A DNA stretch of 64,000 bases from Marsupella aquatica (Eukaryota; Plantae; Marchantiophyta). Within the stretch, counting starts at the first letter, position 1; each line of letters opens with the position of its first letter. Shown piece after piece: positions 12,265 through 23,396 of this stretch. The stretch lies in the NCBI GenBank assembly GCA_973895155.1, contig OZ316893.1, positions 18,790,857 to 18,854,856 on the forward strand. Reading direction: 5' to 3'. Made by a program: the position numbers and the translations under genes. The notes below the pieces were generated by a model. It was not told the origin of the DNA. It saw nothing but the letters and a program-made list of their open reading frames with translations, and ran no database searches.

Positions 12265-15200
12265 ATGAATACAGTCGAAAAATTATTATGGCCAGCACTT
12301 AAAGTCGACGGATCCAACTATTTGACGTGGATCACAGATGTCGAAACTTACTTTACATCACAAGACCTTGAAGACACCTTAGATACCGACATCGATGTCA
12401 CGCTCAAACAAAAGGCTAAGGCAGCGTTTCTACTCAGGCAACATCTAACCCCTCAACTAAAGAATGAGTATATGAACGAAATTAATCCAAGAAAACTATG
12501 GGATCTCCTCAAAGCCCGATTTGATCATATGAGGGAGATATGGCTCCCAGAGGCAAGAAGGGATTGGCATAACCTGCGCGTCATGGACCACACCACAATT
12601 GCCAATTACAATAGCGCACTGTGCAGAATTACATCTCAATTAGAAATGTGTGGACATCCAATAAATGACATAGATAGAATCGATAAGACACTATCGACAT
12701 TCCCTGAATCTAATATCACATTAGGTACACAATATAGGAACATGCGTTTCACTAAGTACTCAGATCTGATTGCTCACTTACTTGTGGAAGAGAAGCAACA
12801 GATCGTGGCCTTGCAAAACGCCAGAAAGCGCCCAGCAGGATCAGACCCCCCACCACATCGACCTGAAACCCACTACACCAATTATGAAGACAAACAACGA
12901 GGAAATTACCGGGGCGGACGAACTCAATTCAGAGGCGGAAGAAACCAATTCAGGGGCGGGAGAAATCAATTCAGAGGACAAGGCAAACCTTATAACCGAC
13001 CCTCCGGATCCAATAACACGTGGCGCAGAGGCACCATGAATAATAGAGGAAGAGGACGAAGCAACCAATACGACACTGCAAACAATTCCCAGAAAATGTG
13101 TTACCGATGTGGCAAAATTGGCCACATTAGAAACGCATGTGCAGCCACAGAACAAGAGGCCCACAGATACATAAACGACAGAAATAAGTCCAGACAAAAC
13201 CCCCAAGGACATTATATGGAGATAGAAGAAGAATTGATTGCCTCTCAGAGAGAAGAAACACAAGAACAGATAGAAGTACATACCTCTCTTACTGACTGGA
13301 AATACCCGACATTAGACGACCCCGATACGGGCATCATCGACAGCGGAACCTCACATACTATCTTAAAACACAGCAAGTATTTCGAGGCCATCACCCCATC
13401 ATCCCGCGCTATCACCACCATAGCAGGACTTAATCATATAGAAGAAGGCAAAGGACGAGCCACATTTATACTACCAGGAGGAACTAAAATCACCGTGAAG
13501 TCAGCAATTTATGCCCCGAAAGCAACCCGAAACCTCATCAGCTTCCAGGATATCAGATCCAATAACCTCCAACTGCGCACGAATACTCAGGGCAAAACAG
13601 AGACATTACAGATCATACAAGACATACAGGGTAAGCCATCCATTAAAGAAACATTTGCATTGATCCCCCCAGGCCTATACGCAACCAGTATCCAAACATT
13701 CCATATACACCAAGAATCAGAGGATATGACATACATCTGGCACTGTCGACTGGGCCACCCGGGTACCACTATGTACAACAGGATTATAAGGGACTCCAAA
13801 GGAATCCCCAAGACAGTCAAGCCAAAGGTAAAAACAGCCTGCATAGCGTGCTCACAAGGAAAAATGACCATACGACCATCAATACCAAAAACAATATTTT
13901 CAATACCACAGTTCCTAGAGCAGATCAATGCAGATATCTGCGGACCTATAGACCCCCCGAGCGGCCCTTTCAAATATTTCCTGGTAATCATCGACTCATC
14001 AACTAAATGGCTGCAGATTTCATTGCTATCTACCCGCAACTTGGCATTTGCGCGGATCTTAGCACATATTCTTAAATTAAGAGCACAGTTCCCAGAGTAT
14101 CCTACAAGAAGATTAAGAGTAGATGGAGCTGGCGAGTTCACATCAAGAACATTCGACGACTTTTGCTGGGCAGCGGGCATCGATACTCAATATCCAGTTC
14201 CCCACGTTCATTTTCAGAACGGTATAGCTGAGTCGGTTATTAAGAGACTTCAAATGGTGGCAAGACCACTGTTAATGAAGTCAAACTTACCCACATCAGC
14301 ATGGGGACATGCCATCCTTCACGCAGCTGCACTAATCCAATATAGACCGTCAGCATATAACTCTAAGACACCATACCACCTGGCGTTCGGCATACCACCG
14401 GACCTGTCCCACCTACGCATTTTCGGATGCCAGGTAATGGTGCCTATCTTAGGACCAAAGAGAACAAAACTCGGACCCCAACGGAATGCAGGTATCTATG
14501 TTGGGTTTGACTCTACTTCGATCATTAGATACCTTGAACCGACTACGGCAGACCTGTTCAAGGCAAGACATCAGGACTGCCATTTTTATGAAGATCAATT
14601 CCCACAGCTCACGAATACAGCATCAACACAATCCAAGGACACAACGAAAATGCCCATAAATTGGAAAGCAGACCAAAACAGAAATGACCCCAGAACCAAG
14701 CAGGCAGACGAAGAAGTCAGAAGACTTCTCCACCTACATGAAATGCTCGAAAAGATTCCAGACTCATTTAACGACGCTGCAAATGTCACAAGATCCCACA
14801 ACTTAGCAGCTAATGCGCCATCGCGAGTACAAACCTCCTCGACACCGGCCAATGTAACAGCCCCCAGAGCAAAGCGAGGCAGACCACCAGGGATCAAGGA
14901 CTCCCAGCCTCGCCAACGTAAAACTCCAGCAGCAAACTTGGGTACACCCGCGCTGGAACCAGCGATCACACTTAACGTGACAGCGATAAATCAAAACGAC
15001 CCACTGAGTGAAGAAAACGAGGAAATGGCAATCACATACATGCAAACAGGTAACATATATAAACGACCGACAACCCAAATTGATGAACAATTTGCCTATA
15101 ACGTAATACAGGAAATCACCAACGATATTCCTGATCCGCTCACTATAAACGAGGCAAAGAAACAACCAGATTGGCCAAAGTGGCAAGCAGCAATACATAC

Positions 15201-16878
15201 CGAGATGGACGCCCTCATCAAGCGACAAGTATTCGGACCATTTAAAATGGCATTACCAGGTACACATTACACCGACTCTCGATTTACATTCTTGAAAAAA
15301 CGAAATGAGAAAGGCATAGTAGTAAGATATCGAGCCCGGCTAGTAGCCAAAGGCTACACACAAATCCCGGGCAGGGACTACGATTTAACATACTCACCAG
15401 TAATGGACGCTACTACATATCGCTATCTCACAGCACATTCAGTCCACCATAAACTGGTTAATAACCTTATGGACGTGGTAACCGCGTACCTTTACGGCAC
15501 ACTCGATACTGAGATATACATGACTGCCCCCCCGGAACTGATAGAGAGGGTCAAGCAGCACATTCAGGGGGAGACGTCCCAGAACCTGAATACAGAGATT
15601 AAAAAGGGCATCAGCCAAATAATACCTGATGGGGATACAAAGGCCCTCTTGATGCAAAGTGGAAATACACAGGCAATGCATACCAGAGGAAAGAAATTAA
15701 CAACAAAACTTACAGTCCAAGTGTTACGTTCCATCAACGGACTTAAACAGAGCGGCAGAATCTGGTATCAGAAATTCCAGACAGAGATGCTCGCCCTCGG
15801 ATTTACAAATAGCGGACTGGCCCCCTGCATCTTCATCAAAAAGCATATGGACGAAGTCCTGATACTAGCACTGTACGTGGACGATGTGAACTTATTCGGG
15901 ACTAAACAGATGATGAAAGACACAATACATACACTGAAAGGAGTCTTCGAGATGAAGGACCTTGGAAGACCCAACCACTGCCTAGGCCTGCAGATCGAAC
16001 ACTTAGAAACAGGCATATTCCTTTACCAATCGACATACACGCAGAAGATACTTCATCAATTCAACATGCAGAAATCCTACCCTGTCTCCACCCCGATGGA
16101 ACTCAGATCTCTAGACCCGATCAAAGATATGTTTCGGAAGCGCCAAGAAGACGAACCCATACTGGGATCAGAAAAACCGTACCTATCAGCGGTGGGCGCC
16201 CTTATGTATCTAGCGAACCAGACGAGACCTGACATATCGTTCGCCGTCAGTCTCTTAGCGAGACACAGCGCACAGCCCACCATCAGGCATTGGAACGGCA
16301 TCAAGAGGATCATGAGATACCTACAAGGGACGATCGACCTTGGACTATTCTTTCCTAAGAATAGCCCCGATACGCTTACCGGTTACACTGATGCCGGCTA
16401 CCTGTCGGACCCCCAGGACTCCAAATCACAGACTGGGTACGTGTTCTTACAGGGGACGACAGCAATATCTTGGCGAAGTTCAAAGCAAACAATGACCACA
16501 ACGTCATCCAACCACTCGGAAATCATAGCGTTATACGAGGCGTGCAGAGAAGCTGTATGGCTACGAAGCATTATCAATCGTATTAGGTCCAGCACCGGTA
16601 AACCACAGATAACAGAGCCAACCACAATCTACGAAGACAATAAGGCGTGTATCGACCAGATAACCAACGGAATCCTGAAGACCGAGAGGACCAAGCATAT
16701 TGACCCCAAGTATTTCTTCACGCAAGAACAACAAGGGAAAAGTATCAATGTTGCATGGATCAAATCTCAGGACAATCGAGCAGACATGTTTACGAAACCA
16801 CTACCAGCCGGATTGCACAGAGCGCACCTCGAAGGCATAGGCATGAGCAGATTGTCCACGATCAAGCCCACCTCATAA
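12265..16878 (+). CDS. Copia gag-pol polyprotein (gag with RGG repeats and CCHC knuckle, protease, integrase, RT, RNase H), single open frame
   Basis: CYRCGKIGHIRNAC; IIDSGTSH; WHCRLGHP...CIAC; ADICGP, RVDGAGEF, NGIAES; RARLVAKG, YVDD; YTDAGY, SNHSE, IYEDN, ADMFTK. Confidence 0.97.
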   Translation: MNTVEKLLWPALKVDGSNYLTWITDVETYFTSQDLEDTLDTDIDVTLKQKAKAAFLLRQHLTPQLKNEYMNEINPRKLWDLLKARFDHMREIWLPEARRDWHNLRVMDHTTIANYNSALCRITSQLEMCGHPINDIDRIDKTLSTFPESNITLGTQYRNMRFTKYSDLIAHLLVEEKQQIVALQNARKRPAGSDPPPHRPETHYTNYEDKQRGNYRGGRTQFRGGRNQFRGGRNQFRGQGKPYNRPSGSNNTWRRGTMNNRGRGRSNQYDTANNSQKMCYRCGKIGHIRNACAATEQEAHRYINDRNKSRQNPQGHYMEIEEELIASQREETQEQIEVHTSLTDWKYPTLDDPDTGIIDSGTSHTILKHSKYFEAITPSSRAITTIAGLNHIEEGKGRATFILPGGTKITVKSAIYAPKATRNLISFQDIRSNNLQLRTNTQGKTETLQIIQDIQGKPSIKETFALIPPGLYATSIQTFHIHQESEDMTYIWHCRLGHPGTTMYNRIIRDSKGIPKTVKPKVKTACIACSQGKMTIRPSIPKTIFSIPQFLEQINADICGPIDPPSGPFKYFLVIIDSSTKWLQISLLSTRNLAFARILAHILKLRAQFPEYPTRRLRVDGAGEFTSRTFDDFCWAAGIDTQYPVPHVHFQNGIAESVIKRLQMVARPLLMKSNLPTSAWGHAILHAAALIQYRPSAYNSKTPYHLAFGIPPDLSHLRIFGCQVMVPILGPKRTKLGPQRNAGIYVGFDSTSIIRYLEPTTADLFKARHQDCHFYEDQFPQLTNTASTQSKDTTKMPINWKADQNRNDPRTKQADEEVRRLLHLHEMLEKIPDSFNDAANVTRSHNLAANAPSRVQTSSTPANVTAPRAKRGRPPGIKDSQPRQRKTPAANLGTPALEPAITLNVTAINQNDPLSEENEEMAITYMQTGNIYKRPTTQIDEQFAYNVIQEITNDIPDPLTINEAKKQPDWPKWQAAIHTEMDALIKRQVFGPFKMALPGTHYTDSRFTFLKKRNEKGIVVRYRARLVAKGYTQIPGRDYDLTYSPVMDATTYRYLTAHSVHHKLVNNLMDVVTAYLYGTLDTEIYMTAPPELIERVKQHIQGETSQNLNTEIKKGISQIIPDGDTKALLMQSGNTQAMHTRGKKLTTKLTVQVLRSINGLKQSGRIWYQKFQTEMLALGFTNSGLAPCIFIKKHMDEVLILALYVDDVNLFGTKQMMKDTIHTLKGVFEMKDLGRPNHCLGLQIEHLETGIFLYQSTYTQKILHQFNMQKSYPVSTPMELRSLDPIKDMFRKRQEDEPILGSEKPYLSAVGALMYLANQTRPDISFAVSLLARHSAQPTIRHWNGIKRIMRYLQGTIDLGLFFPKNSPDTLTGYTDAGYLSDPQDSKSQTGYVFLQGTTAISWRSSKQTMTTTSSNHSEIIALYEACREAVWLRSIINRIRSSTGKPQITEPTTIYEDNKACIDQITNGILKTERTKHIDPKYFFTQEQQGKSINVAWIKSQDNRADMFTKPLPAGLHRAHLEGIGMSRLSTIKPTS

Positions 16879-17382
16879 CACTGAAGCTCGAAAGGATTAC
16901 CCAACGACGAAGCTGTCGCCCGATGAAGCCGCCCCCAGATGCCCGACCACCACACTCGGCGAGCGCCACACCACATCCCCGACGTGAAACAACGCAAACC
17001 AACGCAAAAACGCCCGACTTGGCCTCACTAACCCAAAGCACAACACGAAGCGAAGCGCAATACGCAAAACGACATGAAGAACAACACGAGGCGCACACCA
17101 GGCAACGAGCTGAGGGGGAGACTAGACACCCATTAGGAACATTCACATAACCCCACTTAGCACATACGATTAACACTAACTAAGACATGGCAAAAAGGCT
17201 TAACCAGGACATTAGATATGGGAAACCACCTATATAAGTGATGGTAGCACTCTTTCCTCGAGAAGAAAGCGGCGAGGTTTTAATGAGGCTACATCACACA
17301 GGTGGACCCCTAAACCGGATTATACCCTAGGTTCAAGAGATGTGGTTACTTTATGCTCCTCCATAAACTAACCAAGGGGGAG

Positions 17383-17579
17383 TGTTGTAAACCCTAGTTT
17401 ACCCCTTAACCATAGGGCGAGAACCCTTAACCATAGTATGAGAACTCCTAACCATAGGACCAGTATAAGGGCATTTGCCTACCATGTAACCAAGGGGATA
17501 TATATATCCCCTCATCAATAGTAATGAATCTATCTTGTTGGAGTATCTTTGAGTGTTCCTTTAGTTGTCTATTACAACA
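17383..17579 (+). repeat. 3' LTR of Copia A
   Basis: Preceded by PPT aagggggag (17374-17382); repeat of the 5' LTR. Confidence 0.97.
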
Positions 17580-17699
17580 ATATGCTCATAATGAGAAGTC
17601 CTGATTTAATTTAAGCAGTGTCATGTAAGTCGTGATCAAAATGATTGCAGAGTTAAAAAAGTTCCTAGAAGGCTTAAGGGGAGTTTTTGAAGGCATGTA

Positions 17700-18081
17700 C
17701 CCAGGAACAAGTAATGAACTTAGGGTACTTGTTGCTTAAGCATCCTCTCCTACAGAGGTCCTTCTTCTCAAAATTGGAATGTCTGCAATCTCCAAGGTAT
17801 CCACATCAGGTGCACATCCAGCCTCCCTGGTGTGCTGACGGGAGGCCCACCCTTGGACAGTTGTTTTCTGTAGCAAGGTCAGACTCCGGGTTGAGGTGGA
17901 AATGCCTCATGCAAGGGCCCTCACATATGGCTAAGCCACCACCATCGTCACAAATGGCACAACAATGAGCTGCCTTCTGGAAAATCTGACTTGCGGAGAA
18001 GTTACTACCATCTGGCCCAACTACACCTGTGTTGCTCACCTCTGTCCCCCACTTCTTGGCTCAGATTTTAGGGCGTGCCAT
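17700..18081 (-). pseudogene. CACTA cargo: PHD-finger exon (EDM2/NSD-type PHD) with two TGA stops (likely from CGA)
   Basis: CAICDDGGGLAICEGPCMRHFH...C...WMCT*C gives C4HC3 spacing. ATG at about 18081 lies just after a splice acceptor. Confidence 0.75.
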
Positions 18082-18707
18082 GCCTACGCCTGAGACAGAT
18101 AGTACAATTTAGCAGAGTGCACAGACAATACAATTTAGTGCAGTGTATAAAAAGTACAATGTAGCATATAGACTAGAGTGGCAATTGCTACTGCAATGAA
18201 ATGTTCACACACATGTGCAGAGTAGACATACTTTTTGGTTTGTTGAGCCCACACTAAAAACTGATCCCCTCGTACAATAGCTCCACCTACACCTCAATTT
18301 TGTGGCTATGATTCACCAAAGGAGATCTGCAACAAGATTTAATGCATTTGAATCACATATAACAGTCGTGACATGTAAAACAGGCATTTTTTGAACAGGA
18401 TTGGTATCAAGCAGTGTGATCAGGGTTGTAATTTATACATCCTAAATAGGCTATGATAGTGAATGAGACAAATAAGTTAGGCATAAATCACTTTTTCCAG
18501 GTTATCACATGGCCCATTAATTCCAGTCTTTGAAAGGAGACTTTTAAGTGAGCTTGCTAGCCTCTTAAATTAGGATATTGTACTTAGTGCAGCCATAATA
18601 GGATAAGTTATGTACTGTTGACCGTAAACCCTGGACCCAAAATTGCTCATAATTCAAAATCTTAAGTAAATATCCTCTCTGTTCAAGTCAAAGTGTTAAG
18701 TTATAGG

Positions 18708-19323
18708 TCAATGGTCTCTGGTCTGTGCATGCGGTGTGACAAGTGGTCTTCTACAGCGTGTGATCCAAACATGTGTAGACACCAAAGTGACCGGTGGTGG
18801 GGTCTGGGAGGGCAGGACAAGTGACATTGCCAGGCACACTGCAGGATGGCGAGTGGTTCCAGATGATACATTGTGCTCTGTGAAAAAACCGACATCCAAG
18901 AGAACGGTCATCCAACTCTAGGCCAGAAGCCCTACAGGCAGGACAGTCATACTGGCAACTGTGCACACACCCTTGGGCCCTAATTTGTGGCGGGTCATGT
19001 ACGAGAGACAAAAATACCAAGGATGTTGGGAAGGGTGGAGAAGCAGGTACAGGGCGGCTGTAGTTATTCCTGGCAACAACTGGGTACTCAAAGTACCATG
19101 CAGACTGGGCTGGAAGGATCCCAAGTCTGACATACTCAAGGCGCAACATCTCTGCCTTGCGTGCAAGCCGCACATGTTCAGCATTGCGGGTCCTCACCAT
19201 AAGTGTTGCTTTTGTGGAGTGTCGTGTGTTCACGTCCTCTGATAAGCACCTTCGATCAGCAAGGTGAGCAGGAGCTATACTTGCCTCACCAATAGCAACC
19301 AACCTTAAATTATCAGTTCCCAC
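18708..19323 (-). CDS. Possible additional CACTA cargo ORF, Cys/His-rich, unknown
   Basis: 190-codon open frame with CVHSCQYDCPAC...C.FFH..QC, same orientation as the other cargo. Confidence 0.3.
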
Positions 19324-20742
19324 TCACTGTGTCATTCCATTGGTTCCAGCTAGGGGTCACAATGTAAACATAGCATGAAACACTCCTAATCAACTTGCTT
19401 ACAAACTACAATATCCAGAAAGAGTGAAAGTCTCACCCTCCAGTGAGCAGCAGAGAGGTAGTTCACTGGATGTGTTGATGTGCAGTTAAACCTCCACTAT
19501 TGCTTACTTCCGGTGTATGCTGCTCAGTCGGAGACATATTAGTAGCAGCAAATTGCAAATAATGGCCATAAGCAAACCGTGAGAGTTTGCAGAATGCTAC
19601 AACAACTATTCATCCATCACAACAGTGCTCCACAGGAATGAAACCAAGCAAAATTTGGTGACCTCGGCCAATGACAAGGCCAATGTAGTTCACAATCCTT
19701 GACCGATCAGGATATGGATTGGAATTACAATTAGTCAGCTCTTCTTCTTCTTTGTTTTCTAACTCTGGGGCAAATGAGCATGACCAGGGAATTCTCTGAG
19801 AAATAGAAGTGCACAGGGAAAATGAAATTGGCTCATTGAGTTGCGCAAGACCGCCCACTGCAGCATAAACAAACTCATGAAGTGGCAGAAAGGATAGCGT
19901 CGCCACAAGCGCAAAATCCCGACAGGTTTAAGCTGCAAAAAACTAACCCATCCAAATGTGATTGCAATGGTGTTGAGGTTGTCTATTCACCACCCCACTC
20001 CACCGTGGGAGCATTGGGCACAAGGCATGTTCGGATCCAGGGAGGAGCAAAATAGTCATGTGAAGCAACAAGTGTGGAGAGACCAATAAGTAAACAAAAA
20101 TAGGGAAGAACAATGCGGTGATCATGAGCAGCAACAAACAAGGAAGTTGATTTGGGAGGGATTGTAGGGACAGAGCTTTTGCTGGGCTTGGCTGCGCGTT
20201 CATATCGGAAGATAGATGCGAGAGAGTGTGAAGAGGGTGGCAACCAACAAAGGCAGTGGCAAGCAAGCAAGCAATACACGATGATAGCGGCAATCGGCAA
20301 TGGCGGTGGGAGGCAGCAATAGGCTAAATGACTATTCAGTACCAATCCGCAGCTCGTCCGATGAGAATGAGTGACATGAGGAAAATGCCAACACACTGAC
20401 CCACTACCAAGAAGAAAGAAAACCAATCTCAACCACCCTCTATCATCAATGACAGGACATATATTCAAAAATCCAAGCTGCAATTGACGGAAACAATAAC
20501 ATAAACAGAATTCTGAACATAAAGTGCTCATGAAGCTTTCGGGATCATATATTCCAAGAGCAAATGTGAACATGCCAATATATGAAAGCTCTGGCATATA
20601 GGGCATTGCATTCCATAGAGATGTTTGCACCAAAGAGCTTGGAAGCAATTGCCTATCTGCTGGAAGCAGGAAACATATATGTAAATCCCAAGCCCATACT
20701 ACATTGGAGATGATCAGCTCACTCAGACAGACATTGCATTTT

Positions 20743-20890
20743 GATTAACCAAATATAGCAGGCTAGCAGAGGGACGAAGGATAGGGCCAACACTAATGCA
20801 CAGCAGTGAACAACCATGATTAACCAAATGTCAGTAGCAGGCCAGCAGAGGGACGGAGGATAGGGCCAACACTAATGCGCAGCTGTGAAA
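20743..20890. repeat. About 75-bp tandem duplication
   Basis: attaaccaaat...gcagg(c/t)agcagagggacg(a/g)aggatagggccaacactaatgc occurs twice. Confidence 0.8.
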
Positions 20891-23379
20891 GACTGACAAA
20901 TAGAGAGCTTCAAATATAGAACATCAAACCTTCAACAGCGGTCAATGGGCTTTGATTCACAGGTCGCCTGGCTTGGTCCCTTGTCGCAGCTCGCCCAGCT
21001 CCACAACACCGTAGACAAGGAGTTGGCTGGTCCAATTTCCACCATGCAGCGTTAGCAAAACTGCAATGCTTGATCTTTGCCCTCCGCCCTTTGCCCGAAC
21101 CCCAAAATAGACCTCAAAGTAGAAAGCCAGCAAAGGGTTGAGCAGAAATCCCTAGAAAATCCCGCCTCTAAAGTCCATTGCTCGTGGTTACAAATGATGG
21201 CAACGGAACATTCGGGCAACCCAACAGTTGAACTGACCTCAATCACACCTGCACCTGGTTGGCAGCTCCGCAGACACTAATTGTAGCTCTAGTTGAAGAC
21301 ATCATTTGAACAGCAAATCAGTCACAGCTCATGAATCCGTTCAGACTAGCATCATGGGTACTACGTCGGAGCACTGCGCAAGAAGCCAGGAAAAAACTGC
21401 AAACATGGGGACCCACAGGCAAGAAATCTGGACCTCCGACACAATCTGGAAATCCTTTCGCAAACAACTGGCCCTCTCCTCAACAACTTGCGATGGTAGT
21501 AGCTCGCAATGGTAGCAGCTCGCGATAGTAGCTCCCTTCAACAAGCTTGGTAGTGCGATAGGAGCAACAACTTACAGAGAAGACAATAACCTCCCCTATG
21601 AGACTGATTGAAAGACCTCAATACAATTATTGAAGCAGGGATACAGAACGGGGAGAAGCCTTTCGCAGTTTGGGACGGCGAGAAGTGTGAACACTTAGGG
21701 CAGGGCCCGCAGGAAGGTCACTCAGTCCGAATGAGCCACAAGCTTATCGCCCAAAACCACGCAAACCTGAAGTTGAAATTAGCACTATGAGGTAGCAAGC
21801 TACAAAATAGCATTTCCCACATTCTTAATGCATGGCATCGGAGCTCATTCCGCCTAGAAAACCAAAGCCACTACCAAAACTAACTTGCAAATGGAAGTTT
21901 GGACTAACCAGGGTGATTCAGGGCAGTTCAATGTCACTATGGTAGGTGCATTGCTGCTCGTAGCTGCAATGTACCTTAGCGCTTCCGGTCCCTCCACGGC
22001 TGCAACTTCCCAAGACCGGTCGGTCCCAGCCAGTCAGTCTTCTCTGAATCTTGGTGCGCCCACATTGTCTCAATCCGAAGCTGTCAGCTCTCAGGCAGGA
22101 GACAAATCTCCGCTTGCCTTCGCGCCAAAAGCTGTCACTGGCCTCAAGAGCCTCTAAGGCAATGTCCGCAACGCCTCAATGTCTCCAACACCTCAATGTC
22201 CTTACCATCAAGCGCTTCTCAGGGATGCCTCAATGTCCTTACCACCTCACGACTGTCAAGGTCCCAAACCAGCGCAAACCACTTGCTGAACTCCTTTGTC
22301 CAAACAATTGTAAGGGGCATGCAGGTAGAACTGTCAAAAGCGCTCGCATGAGTGGATGGCAACAATTGACTACAATCGCCTCCCAGCTTCCCTCGCAAAA
22401 TGTTAACCCTAAACCCTACTCGTATGCTCCACTCATAGAAGCAAAGCACAATGTTCTGTCGCACAATGGGGCCCGAACACATGGGCGCAAGTACTCGATA
22501 GTTCCCTTCACAAAAACCCAATAATCACCTGATGACCAAAGCACACTCACCCTAACCCAATGCTTAGTGCAAGCAGTCATGTAAGCTCGTTTCCGTTGAG
22601 GTGACCCGTTGAGCATAATAAGTACGTTTGCGCCAGAGTGTTAGGCGACACACAAAACTAAAGAGGGTTAAGGATAACTTTAAATAAATCCCTTTGGTGA
22701 CAAAGTCATGGCCACTTAATTAGTTGTGGGCCCCCCTAACCCTCCCCCCCCCCCCTTGTGGAATTAATCTTGGATCAAAAGGCACCATCATTTACACTCA
22801 AATCAATCAAGTTGTGGATTGTTCATTGTGTCAATTAGTGCCCATGACCCTGTCAAAACAACACTAGTTGGCAATGCGGAATATATCATGGTGTGGGAGT
22901 TGTACCTAGCTAGGGTTATAGTGATGCATTAGTTCCGGTTCTGGTTAGAAACCACCCTAAGCCCTCCAGTACAGTTGTACCCTAAGTTATGAAAAGTACC
23001 CGTTACATGGATATTTATGGTGCAATGTTAGTTAAGGTTGGTGATATATACAAGGCATGTCCTTAAGCACTTAGGCCCAAAAGTAGGATGTCGCCCGGTC
23101 CTTCTTAAGTATACTCTTATCATGAACCCTTGTAAGACTTTGTCTTATACTAGTCTTTGTGTGGACCTTTAGGGTGATTCCAAGAACAAAACCCATGATG
23201 TCCTAGAGTGTTCACCCTTCACAAAGTAGCAAGGTTACTTTTCATAGTCTTTAACTAAACCGGAAAACACTCAAAGTCTTTTATAGTCTTTAACAAAACC
23301 TTGGCAATGGGTGCAAGTCATTTAAAGTATGGAAGAAGGACTTAGTGGGCTTAGTCCTATAAGGTATGGTCTAAATTAC

Positions 23380-23396
23380 CCCGGTTTCTACTAGTG
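23380..23396 (-). repeat. CACTA terminal inverted repeat (one end); predicted 3-bp TSD TTT
   Basis: CACTAGTAGAAACCGGG on the minus strand, exactly at the homology breakpoint between the two Sola2-like copies. Confidence 0.8.

Larger units (their letters stand above)
11707..17579 (+). mobile_element. Intact Ty1/Copia LTR retrotransposon, Bianca-like
   Basis: 197-bp LTRs at 11707-11903 and 17383-17579 (TG...CA, identical by eye). TSD ATATG at 11702-11706 and 17580-17584. PBS cgttatcagcacga; PPT aagggggag. Confidence 0.97.
1..23396 (-). mobile_element. Giant CACTA (En/Spm) DNA transposon, 5' portion (other end lies left of the window), with cargo genes and two nested LTR insertions
   Basis: Terminus cccggtttctactagtg at 23380-23396 reads CACTAGTAGAAACCGGG on the minus strand. 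Sequence right after it (tttgtaatacc...) aligns with the uninterrupted paralogous region at about 32137. TnpD- and TnpA-like ORFs lie on the same strand. Confidence 0.8.

Noticed and set aside
12841-16625. Antisense ORFs over the Copia polyprotein
   Set aside because: Shadow frames of the long sense ORF.
20900-22702. Possible further LTR insertion ending ...ggtgaca at 22702
   Set aside because: No matching TG start with a duplicated target site was found; treated as CACTA internal/leader sequence.
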